This document shows positions 15,236 to 27,746 of a DNA stretch of 64,000 bases, one piece after another; the first letter of the stretch is position 1, and each line of letters opens with the position of its first letter. The notes under the pieces were generated by a model that worked only from the letters and a program-made list of their open reading frames with translations, had not been told where the DNA came from and searched no databases. The stretch lies in assembly GCA_051294375.1 (NCBI GenBank), contig CM119269.1:16887030-16951029 (forward strand). The letters are read 5' to 3'. The position numbers and the translations under genes are program-made. The DNA comes from Paraspadella gotoi (lineage: Eukaryota > Animalia > Chaetognatha).

Positions 15236-15396
15236 CGCCTTATTTTCCAAAAGCGCCCAATTTCGGCTTAAATTCAGAATTAATTAATTTTTTCAATTCA
15301 AAGTTCAGGTTATTGGTTAGTAGCGGGGAGAGTTTAGGGATTAGGGTTAGAGTTATGAATTAGGAACAGAAACGGTGCGCTTTCGGAAAATAGCGT
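15236..15396. mobile_element. MITE-like non-autonomous DNA transposon with internal TTAGGG-like repeats
   Basis: Imperfect ~27-bp terminal inverted repeats (cgccttattttccaaaagcgcccaatttc / gaaacggtgcgctttcggaaaatagcg); flanking direct repeat caaaaattc at 15227-15235 and 15397-15405. Confidence 0.65.
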
Positions 15397-15472
15397 CAAA
15401 AATTCTAAGGGTTCTTAAGCGCACTCCCACTCTTTTTCGAAATTCCCTGAATGCTCTCTAGATACAACTTAG

Positions 15473-15717
15473 TCAAGTTTTAGAAACAACCGAGGGGTTA
15501 AATCGGGACAGAACCACCGCCGCCACCACCTCCATCGCCCTCTTCACCTCCGCCACCGCCTTTGCCACCCCCGCACCCATTTTCGACATCGTCGTCGTCG
15601 TCCTTCTCCACGCGCAAGAGCTGCTTGACGCTTTTCCACATCCCCTGCAGTTGATAAACGAGTTTCGGTTTGGCGACGCCACAGGTAGAATGAAGCCTTT
15701 CAACAGCAAGATGGCGC
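15473..15717 (-). CDS. Uncharacterised two-TM protein gene, terminal exon (tail reading frame ambiguous)
   Basis: cccccccgcag|GC GCC ATC TTG...; (G)AILLLKGFIL completes TM2; stop at 15473 in this frame or at 15498 in the alternative frame. Confidence 0.62.
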
Positions 15718-16629
15718 CTGCGGGGGGGGGTGGGATAAAGAGAGAGGAGAGGGGAGGGAGAACAGAGGAAGAGGGGGGGGAGGGGGAGATGAGAGGAAAA
15801 AAGAGGGAGTTAGACGGAGAGAGTGAAAAAAGAGCGACATAGGGTTGGCAAATGAGGGAGGAAGGAGGAGGAAGAAAGGGAGAAGAGGGGAGGGAGGAAG
15901 GGGGAGGAGGGAGGAAGGGGAGGGAGGAAGGGGAGGGGGGAAGGAAGAAGGGAGGAGGGGGGGGAGGAGAGGCAAGTAAAACTTACTTTAAGGTACTTAG
16001 CAAAAAATAAGTTTGTTTTTTTTAAAAAGAGTCATGCGCTCCTTCCTCTTTGTTATTCCTAAAGGGAGACACTCGAGAGATAAATTCACCGGAATAAATT
16101 CCGATCACCGACGGAACCGAGTTTATGGATTCACGTTTCCGTCACATTCACAGAGAAAACATCCACGAAAATGTTATTGCGATCGAAAATATAGAATGTA
16201 ATTGTGAATGTAGAAGAAACAAGAAAATAATTTGACTACGGAAACAATGACTACATATTTTTAAAATTAAATAATATTTCATTGACTAAAATGAAGAGAC
16301 GGCAAAACAATCAGTAATTATATGCTCCCTCTTCCGTGGGAAACTCCGAGTAACCAACATTCGAGCACTGCGCGAGAATGACTTACCTGCTTCGGCTCCC
16401 AAGACCCATGTAACCGATAAGTAGATTTTAGGACGCCATTTTTTTTTTCATTCCTTAAAAGCATACTCCATATTGTGCAAATATGTTTATTCTGCTTCAA
16501 CACTCCTCTATCATCTATAGAACAATGAAAAAAGGAATTTCGACCTCAACATTAAATAATACAATGGACAATTGGACATCGAACGCACGAACGCAATCGT
16601 TAATCAAGCCTTTGACCACTCAAACCCAC

Positions 16630-16847
16630 CTAATACGATCATGAGGGTGACTATGGTGAGGTCGTTTTCGGTGAAGCGGAAGAGAATACCCAGCGGCAGC
16701 AGGGTTCCGCCGGCGACGAGGCAGCTGACGGCGCTGAGCACGCAGCAGAAGTTGGCCGCCGTCTGCGCCGACAGCGCCAGCGTTCGCCACCGCGCCCGTA
16801 GCAGCGTGGTGAAGTTGAGAAGGGGCGCCTCCGCGAGTCGGTGAATC
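16630..16847 (-). CDS. Uncharacterised two-TM protein gene, exon with TM1 and start of TM2
   Basis: taaag|G...TTA G|gtgggt, 218 nt, phase 2 to 1; IHRLAEAPLLNFTTLLRARWRTLALSAQTAANFCCVLSAVSCLVAGGTLLPLGILFRFTENDLTIVTLMIVL. Confidence 0.72.
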
Positions 16848-17239
16848 CTTTATTTTTTTAGGAGGGGAGGGGACGGGGGAAAGTGGAGAATAAGTTTGAG
16901 GAGGTCTGGTAGATAGATAAGTGGAGTGTGAAAGGATTGACAAAGAGAAGAGAGATAGATAGATAGATAGATAATTGTACATGGACCTAGGTACCTTCTG
17001 CAAGAAGGACCTATAAGGTAACAGTGGGTCCGTTCATTTAAATTTCTTTAAAAGGTTTTACAGTTAAAAAGTCTACCAATCATTATCTGCTAAAGGTCGA
17101 TACTAATCATAAGTTAGTACTCAAAAACAAAAAAAGGAATTTTCGCCTTATAACCTACGAGCTACGCAAAAATGATTCATATTAAAATAACACATGAGAC
17201 ATTTAATGACTGGAACATTGTCATCGTCTAGGATTGTGT

Positions 17240-17271
<32 letters not shown>

Positions 17272-18410
17272 NNNNNNNNNNAGAGAAAGAGAGAAAGAGA
17301 GAAAGAGAGAGAGAGATGGAGTGATTCGGAGCTTTTGGTCTCCACAGATTCCGTATGACGTTGATTTATTGTTTATTAAGCCCGACCGGGAAAGTTTTAT
17401 GCTATTGTGACGTTACGTTACGTTACGTTCGTTACGTTTTATAATCGGTACATGAATATAACTATTTCATTTTACTTGTGGAGAAGTATTGTTTTAGTTT
17501 TATGATACATATGATATTCATGTATAAAATTGTTTATGTTTATGTTCAATTGTTCATGTTTATATTTTGTCTATATTTGTTCCTGAATTTCTCTTTTTAT
17601 TAAATCGTATAAAAATAGTGTTAAGGATTGTTATACCAATCTGAAATGGGTACCACCAATATTCAAAATTATCCATTCATTTAATAAATAAGCTATTTTG
17701 CCCCTGACTTTGTCAGGCTTTGGTGGTTTAAGGCCTGCATCACTCTTTCTTTTTAGCCCCGGAATCTATTCTTTCTTATTTACCACTAACAAAACACGTT
17801 TCGCCTTCTGCCGCGAGCGAGAGCAAAACTAATTTATCGTTAATTCAAAAAAATTTTTAAAAAAGACAAAAAAAAAAGATAAACTGAAAAATTGCTTGTG
17901 GCTGCTCAGTCTCAGACGGTTCTTTGATTAAAACGGGACCAGATTTAAAGAGATATTAGAGCTGGAAAAGTTTATATTTAATCAATTTTAATTGTTTAAT
18001 TAGATTTATATTCGTTAATTAATACTTGTGACAACCCCCTCGTAGAAACAGCTTGGTCGTAAAATTAACACTTAAATCTGGATTCGATTATTCAGAATTC
18101 AGTCTATTCACTCTTTGTTTCTTTGCATTTAAAATTAAATTTAAAATTAATATTAATTAAACCCTATGGAATTTTCTTTTCAACTGGGACGCACGGAGTT
18201 TTAAAGTCTCGTCGCTGTTATATCAAACAGTCTTCGGTCCAAAAATACATTTAGATATATACACACATATTCATATATAAACCCAAATCAATCTTTATAA
18301 CGCTTTTTTTGCTTCGTATTTTGAAAAAAACTTGCATTTTAACTATTAACTATGATCTAATCAAACATTGTGGCAGCTATGGTGGACTAAAACCCACCAA
18401 CCGTTCATCA

Positions 18411-18600
18411 GCGGCCATTGGTGCCGGAGGCAAGTCATTCGCCTCCCAACCCAAAGGTCCGGGGTTCTAGCCCGGTGGTCGTCTGGCAGTTAAGAGGGAC
18501 GGGGCGCTTAACCCGCCTGTAACATGGTGTTACAGCCTGATCCGAAGCTCAGGGACTGCTTATATTGAACGGTTCTATCACTAACTCATAACAATAATTA
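18411..18600 (+). mobile_element. tRNA-derived SINE-like element (Gly-CCC-like head), intronic and antisense to the host gene
   Basis: Acceptor-like stem GCGGCCA/TGGTCGT, A-box-like TGGTGCCGGAGG, CT-CCC-AA loop with a broken anticodon stem, T-arm CCGGG-GTTCTAG-CCCGG (B-box-like), then a GC-rich body and an AAC/AAT-rich tail. Confidence 0.6.
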
Positions 18601-18702
18601 CTGTCTCTTCACAGCATGACTTAGAGCTGCCTCACCGCTGTCCGTCCTCAGCCTCGTCTTAATGGTTAAGCAGGCCTTCTTTCCAACCCCCCTCCCACCG
18701 AC

Positions 18703-18891
18703 CTCCTAGATCCCCTCCCGGGGTCGGTCTGGCTTCGCCGGATGATGTTGTCGACGTCGCCGGTGGACTTGGCTTTGACGAGAGGCACCACCATCAGGTT
18801 GGGGCTGCTGAGGACGAAGTTGGGCTGAGAGTTGACGGAGACGAGGCTGCTGCTGGAGTTGGCGTCGATGAAGGCCTCGTTGAAGGAATCC
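18703..18891 (-). CDS. Uncharacterised two-TM protein gene, internal exon
   Basis: ttccgtag|G...AGG AG|gtcggt, 189 nt, phase 2 to 2, strong C-ending codon bias; DSFNEAFIDANSSSSLVSVNSQPNFVLSSPNLMVVPLVKAKSTGDVDNIIRRSQTDPGRGSR. Confidence 0.72.
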
Positions 18892-19239
18892 CTACGGAAT
18901 CGAGGGGCCTTCGTTTTCGCCTTTCCTTTCTTTTATCCAGTTTGTTTTACTTTTTTTTTTTGGTACTAATTTGATGTATAAAAGAGCATTATTATCAACA
19001 CGCTAAGTCTAAGAATAGATGAAATTATCCCATGTAATAGTCTGTAATAGTTTAATAGTTTTAAACTTTTTAAAAGATGTTTTTTTCTTCATTGAATAAA
19101 ATAAAACGTTGTAAAAAGAAAACTATTCTACCATTCTACTAATTTCGAAACAACGAAATGAAAAGGAAATTATCCAACAATTTTGATAAAACTATTGCGC
19201 CTATTGGCAACAAGGACAAGCCACTCCAAGACCGAAGAC

Positions 19240-19369
19240 CTTTTCGAGGATCCCGAATCCTTCTCCTCCAAATCTGGAGTCGAGACGCACATGATGTTCT
19301 CCAAAAAAGGTTTGGCGATGGAGATGTTCACGTCCGACTCCAGCGAAGTGAGGCCGACCTCCGTGGAAG
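19240..19369 (-). CDS. Uncharacterised two-TM protein gene, internal exon
   Basis: cctttccccag|CT...AAA AG|gtcttc (weak donor), phase 1 to 2; (A)STEVGLTSLESDVNISIAKPFLENIMCVSTPDLEEKDSGSSK. Confidence 0.62.
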
Positions 19370-22300
19370 CTGGGGAAAGGTGATGGGGTTGGGTTGGAAG
19401 AGAGAGAGAAAAAAGAGAAGGAGCAGATGTCTACTCTAGAGTCGTCTTTTTATATTTCTCTTCTAGTTATATAGATATGGAACCACTTCGTAGAGGACGC
19501 ATATCTGAAAGAAGAGAGCGAGGCGAAAGGAAGGAGAAACCATTTTCTTATATAATGATTCATGAAATGTAGTAGAGACGAGACTATGGATTACTTTGAA
19601 TATGAGTATGAGAGAGTAGGAGTGTTATGTCGAGGCATGTATAGAGGAATATAGAGAGGAAGAGAGAGAGAGAGAGAGGAGATGATCAGAGCCGTAGCAC
19701 GCAAGTAGAGCAGCCCCGAGAGAGTGAACGAAGAGTACGAGACGAGAGAGAGAGAGAGAGAGAGTATGAGAGTAGAGTATTGTACGATGTATGACGAAGG
19801 AGAGAAGGATGGTAGAAGGAGGAGAGAGGAGAGAGAAGAGAAAGGAGAGAGAGAGGAAGAGAGAGGAGGATGAAAAGGACGAAAGACGAATAGGCCGAAA
19901 ACATGATGTCAAGACTCTGGATAAAAAGGCGTTTGTTTAATTCCAGCAAGAAAACTCTTTGAGCGGAAACCGAAAAGCTGACCTTGCATCAGAAACACAC
20001 AAAAAGAAAACATAAGAAATTATAAAACACAGGAGAGTAAAAAAAAAGACACAGAAGAAGGAATTTATTACAGAGAGCAATGCACGAAGAAAGATATAAT
20101 CATAAGATAGCATAAAAGATATTAAGACTCTCTGGTAATTCTAGAAATTATAGTAAAGAAGTGTTTGTAGAGCAATATAATAAAAGAATTAGGTTCACGA
20201 AGAATATTGTTGCCCTGAGAGTAGTAGATACAATAATGCCAGGCGTTTATAATATATGAAGATAAGTGAAACCAAAAAAGAGCAGAAAAAATCCTTTAAA
20301 GATTTCGTTTGTAAGACACTAGGATAGACGCCTGTATTTACCTGACTATCGATGCCAGGGTGTGACGAGAAATGGACTGATTACATTACTATTTCAAGGA
20401 CCGTGGCTCAGCGCCTTCCATTATCTCACAAATCACTCGAATGAGTAATCATATGAGAGTTCTTGATTGAAAAGCTTTTTTCACTACTTTCAAAGGTGAA
20501 TTCACTCTAATTTGTATGCAAAATCTATTTGTATAATTATTCTGTACGCTTTCTTAACCCACCTTTAATATTAAGCCTTCTTTCCATATAAGTATGATAT
20601 GAGCCATAACTTGTATTTGCGTGATTGACATTATGTGTCCATATCAATTTATATGAGGTGATATTAAGTATTGAATTACATTAATATATCTGCCAGTTTT
20701 AGGCTCCTTTCGGTCTGTTTGAGTTCTATTACATTTTTTGAGCACTTGATGGCTTCATCCCGCGCCAAGACATCATGACGAGCGTTAGGTCTTCAGTGAG
20801 CATTGTACTCACGTGCTGTCCACCGCGTCGTTGAGCCCTCTGACTATTAGGTAGTAAAAAGCACCATCAGCGCCCACATCACCGTTCGCTTATCCCTCAC
20901 TCAAGACGTTCACTCCCGAGAGAGAGTGTTGACGAATCGACACCCTCGGTATACACACCTACCCTGGCGGGAACCGAACGGGTGAAGAACGGCCAGTGGC
21001 CACAGCCCGCCCTTGGGGGCACTCAGGCAAATACATCCGTCCTTAACGGGTCCATCTGATTCCAAGCCCCACGGAGGAGGAGAATCTCAACAGGTGATCT
21101 GAGTTCCACATTTGTGAGATCTATTTACGTATTGATTAATGTGAGACAAGGACACATGGTATTCATATTACTTTTCTGAGGTTTGCAACTCAATCGACTG
21201 AGTACGTCCTCTATTTATTAAGGTCCACCCACCCATCAATAGAGGTAGTACGGAAGCTGTAACTATTACGACTCGAGATGATTAATATTAAATATGCTAA
21301 TGTATAAGTCAAAACAACAAGTAATTGTACGAAATCAGTAAACATTAAAACGTACATCTATCATGATCGCCCATATCAGTATCTCTCAGCGGAGTCTACT
21401 ATAAATACTCCAGCTCTGCCTCTTGTTCTTCTCTCAAATGATATTCTTCCTGAGAGGTACTAGCGCTCACCCACTGACATATGCCATTCTATCATACCTT
21501 TCTACCGCTAGGTCGAGGGGTGTCCGAGAGCCCCCGTCGCACTACTAGGTAGTCTCAAAAAAAAAGAGTATTTTTGATTTTTCCGTAATATGTCCATTAA
21601 TATAATTTATAATTTTATTTTTATAGATCATTTAGAATCCATTACTCTATATAATAGCGAGCAAAGTAGACTTTGAGGACATAAAATCAGTTGCTTGTTT
21701 TCATGCCAATATATTTGTCTAAATCTAAAAAGTAGAATAAAAATATATAAATAATACAATAATCACCATTCAAAAAGAGATCACAATACACTCAGGAGAA
21801 AGAATATGACGATTGACTGGAATCGACGAAATAAGTTTAATTTGTGTATATAGCTGATAATAAGTGTTCTGTATTTGTTGTCTGAGACACACATAACATA
21901 CTGAAGAATCAAACGTATAAGAAATAAATTGTAGAGTATAATCCACAAATAAATATGTATAAAGTGATAATAATATATGAAAATAAAGTCGAGTATATAT
22001 TAATACTTAGACGCTAGTCGCTTGAGGACAAATCTTCTCATTATCATGTGATGAGCCGAGGTATCCCTGAATCTGGTCCACTCTAAAGATTTTAAAAATT
22101 AAAGATATAAAAATATGTGTAATTGTTTAAGCCTGTGCCACGTCCTCGTTGGGAAGGTCGATTTGCGCCTTGACTCCGGCACCTCATAAAGGGTACAAGT
22201 TGAATATATAACGTATTTCACAATATAGATTAATTACTAGAGTGTTTTTAGGAGGATGCGATATCACGAATATTTTTTGTCCACTTTGGAAAAGTAATTC

Positions 22301-22591
22301 TTTTAAAAATATTCGTTTGAGGGCATGTACTCTCTCCAAAATTTTTGACTCATCGCCCATATGAGTCCGTTGGCGGCTACCCACCCTAATAAGAGAGTGG
22401 ATGAACGGAAAAGAGGAAAAATTGGACGCCAAAAAAAAAGAAAATATCATAATGAACGAAGACAGAAAATCAGATCGTAACTTAAGATTTTGTCTTTTGT
22501 CAAATCCAGTATTTGATTGACGCATTTTCTGTCCTTATGGGAGGTCAATCTCTCTCTCTCTCTCTCTCCTCTCTCATCTCTCGTCATCTCT

Positions 22592-22625
<34 letters not shown>

Positions 22626-22791
22626 GCATTTTATGAAGCGTTTTCCAAACATTTACAAAAAAAAACAACAAAAAAACAACTCGTTTTGGTTTAATGTGGT
22701 TTTTTTTTCTCAAAACAAGAAACCGAAGTTGCGCTTGATGAGCGTCAAAATGTGAGAAGAAAATGTCATCGGCTTAAAAGGGGAGGGTTAG

Positions 22792-22849
<58 letters not shown>

Positions 22850-23013
22850 AGAGAGAAGGGAGATATATTGGGGTTCCCTGTCGGGTTAAAGCCACCACCG
22901 CAGGACGACTAAGGCTCTCTCTTCAAAATTTTACAATACACATTACAGTGTAAAGGGAAAAGAAAGGAGAGGAGAGAAGGGAAGAGAGGAGGAAAGAGAA
23001 GAGGAGAGAGAGA

Positions 23014-23052
<39 letters not shown>

Positions 23053-23304
23053 NNNNNNNNNNNNNNNNNNNNNNNNNGAAGAGAGAGAGAGAGAGAGAGT
23101 AGAGAGAGAGAGAGAGAAAGGAGAGGAGAGAGAGAGAGACGAGAGAGAGAGAGAGGAGAGAGGAGAGAGGAGGAGAGGAGAGAGAGAGAGAGAGAGAGCG
23201 AAGGAGAGAGAAGCGATGTGAAAAAAAGAAAGGCGATGTGATTTCGCGACGATCGAATTCTCGTGAGAACAGAACAGTCATAAAAAACAATATAAATAGC
23301 TGAG

Positions 23305-23395
<91 letters not shown>

Positions 23396-23396
23396 A
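23305..23396 (+). repeat. (AAAG)n microsatellite
   Basis: Directly visible; another at 35460-35545. Confidence 0.95.
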
Positions 23397-26008
23397 AAAA
23401 AATAGAAAAAAACAGAAAAAAGAAAAAAATACGTACAAACAGAAAAAAAAAATGAAGAGTAAAAGGGAGAAAGATGCAACAAAAAGATTTAAAAAAAAAG
23501 AAAGAAAAATTTGGATAAAATTGTGAAAGAAAAATTGGATTTGAGGAGGAAAAAAAGCTTCGGGGAAAATGGAAAGCATCGCGACGTCGACCCAAAGGTG
23601 AAACTTTTCATTTTCGACTCATATTTTAACGTCAGTATTTAATATTTAAGTTTTAAGTTTTAAGTTGTAGAGCAACGCTGAAAATACTTTTTTTTTATCT
23701 TCTTTGATTGCAAATTATGCTTATTGACGATATTGACGACGGTAACATCACGCATAAAATGGGGTAAAACCGAAAAGGAATNNNNNNNNNNNNNNNNNNN
23801 NNNNNNGGCCGGCCAACGTTCCGGCAGCCGTCGAGTCGTCATTCGGATCCCGAGTTATGACCCGATGAATCGTGGGGAAAACAAAAGGGAAGAATCCTGA
23901 TTGATAAGTTTTTTTCTGAGAGAGAAGAGGAGAGAGAGGAGAAGAAGAGATGGAAGGAGGAGAAGTGAGAGCGAGGTGAGGTGACGAGTGGAGTCAGAGA
24001 TGAGGGAGGACATGAGATGTATCGAAAGAAGAGAGGAGAGACGATGGAGGGAGATGAGACGAGAGAGAATGAGAGAGAGGGAAGAGAGAGGAGGAGAGAG
24101 AGAGAGAGATAGAGTAGAGAGAGAGAGAGAGAGAGGGACACGACCGCAGGACTCTTGTTCACTTGGAAATGATTTACTTTACACAAATAAAAGAGTTTAC
24201 AAAGTAGGAACTTCAATTCAAATATTATAATGAGGCTTGTCAAACTGTCCAGTTGTCCATGTCTTTATAGTTGTTATAAACGCCGATTGACGCGACGCCA
24301 GAAGTGATGACGCAAAGGGGAAAATGACAGACGGTGGTTGTAGCCGGGGGACATTGTTCCCCGCCACTCGGAGATTAGATAGTATGTGGTTGCTCTGATA
24401 GTCGGCCGAGGGTGGGCGCGGTGGCTGGGGGCGCGTCCTCAACGTATGATCTCTGGAAGCCGACGGGACGCCATCTGTTTCGCGACGTCTGCTCGAGCGG
24501 GAATGAGTTTTTTCTTCCGCGCCGCTCGTAAAAACGCGATAAATGATTTCAGCGGATGACTGATGGAATGGACTCTACCGGACGTCGTTTGTCGTCGTCT
24601 TTTGTCGTCGTCGGTTGTCGTTCGTCCTGGAGCGTCGTCGTCGTCTCTTAATTTGTTGGTGCCGTTGTTTTGTCTCCGTCCTCCTTCAGTTGCCTCGTTT
24701 TTTTAAAAGGAAATATTATAAACCGAAACTCGTGCGGTTTTCAGCGATTTTCTTTTTTTTTAAAAATGATCGTGCGTCATGAATCTGTTTGTTTCTTTGG
24801 AATGTGTTCACGATCGTTGTATGTTTATTTTATGTTTTGATATTTTCACCTTTTCTTCTTCTTCTTTTCTTCTTCTTCTCATTCCTCCTCCTCCCTCCCC
24901 TCTCACTATTCCTTCTTCCTCACCTCCTCAGTCCAACGTCTCCCTCTCCAAGAAATCACGTGGCTCCATTGAAGCCGGAATCTTCCGTCGACTCCTGTTT
25001 TGCGGACACCCGCGCCGCGGGCGGCCGCTGTCCCAGTACGTAAGTTTGGATAGTCGTGGCCAGAACCGGACCAGGCATGGACCCACTTTAAAACTCAGTG
25101 GGCAATGAACCACAGTTGAAGAGAGGGGGCGTAAGAGAAATCAACTTGGTTAAAGTTTAAAAAGCTCTTATTTGTAACAGTCGCCGCGTAGAAATGTAAA
25201 AAAATTTAAACTTTAATATTTATCGGAAGTATATTTTTCGCATCGAGGAAACAAAAAAAGATTCTCGTATCTCTTCTTACCGTTTTTTAATTTCAGAATT
25301 TTTTTTTTAAATTTGCTTTTTTCCTTTAATTTTTTTCTTTTTTTTTCTCAATTCTTTGGTTCTCCAATTTTTTTTCAAACAATTAATTCCTAATTACTAT
25401 TGCATAAAAAGAGTTTTTTTATTCAAATGTTTCATACATAAATATCAGATGGTATGTGGAGTCTTATGTTTATTTAGAACATTGTATTCGAAATTCAAAT
25501 ATTTCATTTCAATCAGATGAAATAGGAATGAAAATCAAATAGAGAGAGAGAGACGAGTGAGTAGTAGAGAACGAGGGAGGAAAGAGAGAAAAGAGAGACT
25601 CTCTAGAAGCTTCTTCAAGATTCAAAAGCAAAACATTCTTGTTAAGGTTGTTATAGGTGCCGCTAGAAAACCATTGTCAGCAGAATATGTGAGTCCGGTA
25701 TCAAGTTAGAATCTAAAATTTATTGATAAAAAGACAGAATTATCGAAAAAGGAAAGGTAAAAACAAACTAAATATGTTCTCAAAGATTTTTCAAAGAAGA
25801 CTGTTCTCATTTTGTCGCGAGGCCATACCGTGAGAACTTATCCCATGAATTTTCCAAGTAACGATTGAAGGTCATTATTTCATCCTCTTTGATTCGCCGT
25901 ATGGCGAACGAAAAAGGATCTTGTTCAGGGAAAATCAAAATAAAATGAAGAAATATCACTTAATTCGGCGAATATCAACGCGCGGTAAACGTTTTTTTAA
26001 ACTATCCA

Positions 26009-26040
<32 letters not shown>

Positions 26041-26293
26041 AAAGAGTTAAAGAGAAGAAGATGAAAAAAAAAAAGAAAAGAAAAACAAATGAATAAAATA
26101 AAAGAAATCTTGGTAAATTCAAAGGAGACCAGTTTTGGAAATTTCCCGACTTTAAAAAAAACATTAAAGAATCTGACAGGTTTTAAAAGAATGTCTCAAT
26201 TTTGCGTTGGAGCTCAGTAAACGGACAGAGAAACGAATAACCAACGGACAGAAAGACTACCGGGCCGGACAGCGAGCAGTACTCCCGGCTGAC

Positions 26294-26431
26294 CGATTAA
26301 CTGGGGCAGGTTCTCGGCTTGTTGGGAGAGGTCGATGATTTGAACGGTTTGCAGAAATGGCGGGTGAGTCGTCGGCGGCGCCAGCGACTTGAGCGGCGGC
26401 GGAAGTTGGGTGAGTTCGTCAGTCTCTTCGC
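26294..26431 (-). CDS. Uncharacterised two-TM protein gene, exon 2
   Basis: tttttgcag|GC...ATC G|gtcagc, 138 nt, phase 1 to 1; (G)EETDELTQLPPPLKSLAPPTTHPPFLQTVQIIDLSQQAENLPQLI. Confidence 0.6.
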
Positions 26432-26937
26432 CTGCAAAAAGCCAAAGTCGGAGTCCGGAGTTGACGAGCCTTTCCAGCCGATTCTAAATCCAGATCCCAA
26501 CTACATGCCCGAAGGTATTTTTACATCATCGAAGAAATTTTCTAAATAAACGTAAAATGTGTGGGTATCAACATGCAAAAAGCGTGCGAATAAACGCATC
26601 TCGTGTGTTAGGATAGCAAAAAGAATGAGAACATTTTCAAAACTGGTCTAAAGAAATAAAAGAAGAATAGAGACTTTAAAACTATAACTTATAAGAGCGA
26701 ATAGAAACGAAATACGTAGGAGCTCACGAGTGACTAAGAAACGTGCAAGATCGAACAGATTGAACAGATTCAATGACAGAGCGAACGATTAAAAAATCCT
26801 AAAAACAAAGACACGGAACATAGAAAATGTAAATTACAAAAAACGGATATTTTTTTGTCAAAAAGGAAAAAAAAGTTAGGTGAAACTAAAAGGAATCAAA
26901 AGTAATAAACATGTTCGATGGGAGAAAATCGAATTAC

Positions 26938-27187
26938 CATCGAGCGGTGGGTCGAGCGGCGAGTCTTTCGGCTGCCGCCAGGGCGGCGTCTGCGTCGGGG
27001 CCCACTTCTTCGACAGCGGCGACGGCGGCGACGGCGGCGTCGGAGTCGTCGGCGAGCGAGCGTCGCTGCGTCGGCGAGCGGCGTCGTCGTCGACGTATTT
27101 GTCGTCGGCGGAGTCGCTGTTTCTGGGAGTGTGTTGGTGGATGACGATGGTCGGGATTCCGGTGGAGGAAATTGGCGAATCGGACAT
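26938..27187 (-). CDS. Uncharacterised two-TM protein gene, probable first coding exon (Ser/Pro/Asp-rich)
   Basis: GC-rich ORF MSDSPISSTGIPTIVIH...PLDPPLD ending GAT G|gtaatt (250 nt, phase 1). Confidence 0.65.
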
Positions 27188-27607
27188 CTTCTCCTTTTTC
27201 TTTGTTTTGGTTTTTTTGGAAAGACGAAAAAGATGGAAATTGCTTTTTGTTTACGTTATTTTTTCCAGGTAATATTCGCAAATCAGACTGGGATACTAAA
27301 ATAATGTTTACAAACTAATAATTCAAGAAATTTAAGAGATCAACCAAAAAAAAAAAACAAAAAAACTTAACCCGAGTTTTATCAATTCTGTTTATTTTCA
27401 GCCTAAATCGTTACAAATAATCCCGTAATTGTCAAGGCGTACGAGAGTTCTCATATTTCTCACGCCGCTAATAATTAACCCGTGGAGACTCGGAGCCTTG
27501 ATTACGTTTTCCGGTTTCGACCTCCTTTTTCTGACCCTCTCCAATATGTGGTTCCAAACATCAGTAAAAGTCAAGTGTTGTGAAGGGAGGGAGGGAGGTT
27601 GGTACTG

Positions 27608-27665
<58 letters not shown>

Positions 27666-27710
27666 AGAGAGAGAGAGAAAGAGAGAAAGAGAGAGAGAGA
27701 GAGAGAGAGT

Positions 27711-27746
<36 letters not shown>

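Noticed and set aside
15330-15352. Interstitial telomere
   Set aside because: Only about three degenerate units, located inside a MITE-like element
18411-18483. Functional tRNA-Gly(CCC) gene
   Set aside because: The anticodon stem has two mismatches, the T-loop is out of register, and no poly-T terminator follows
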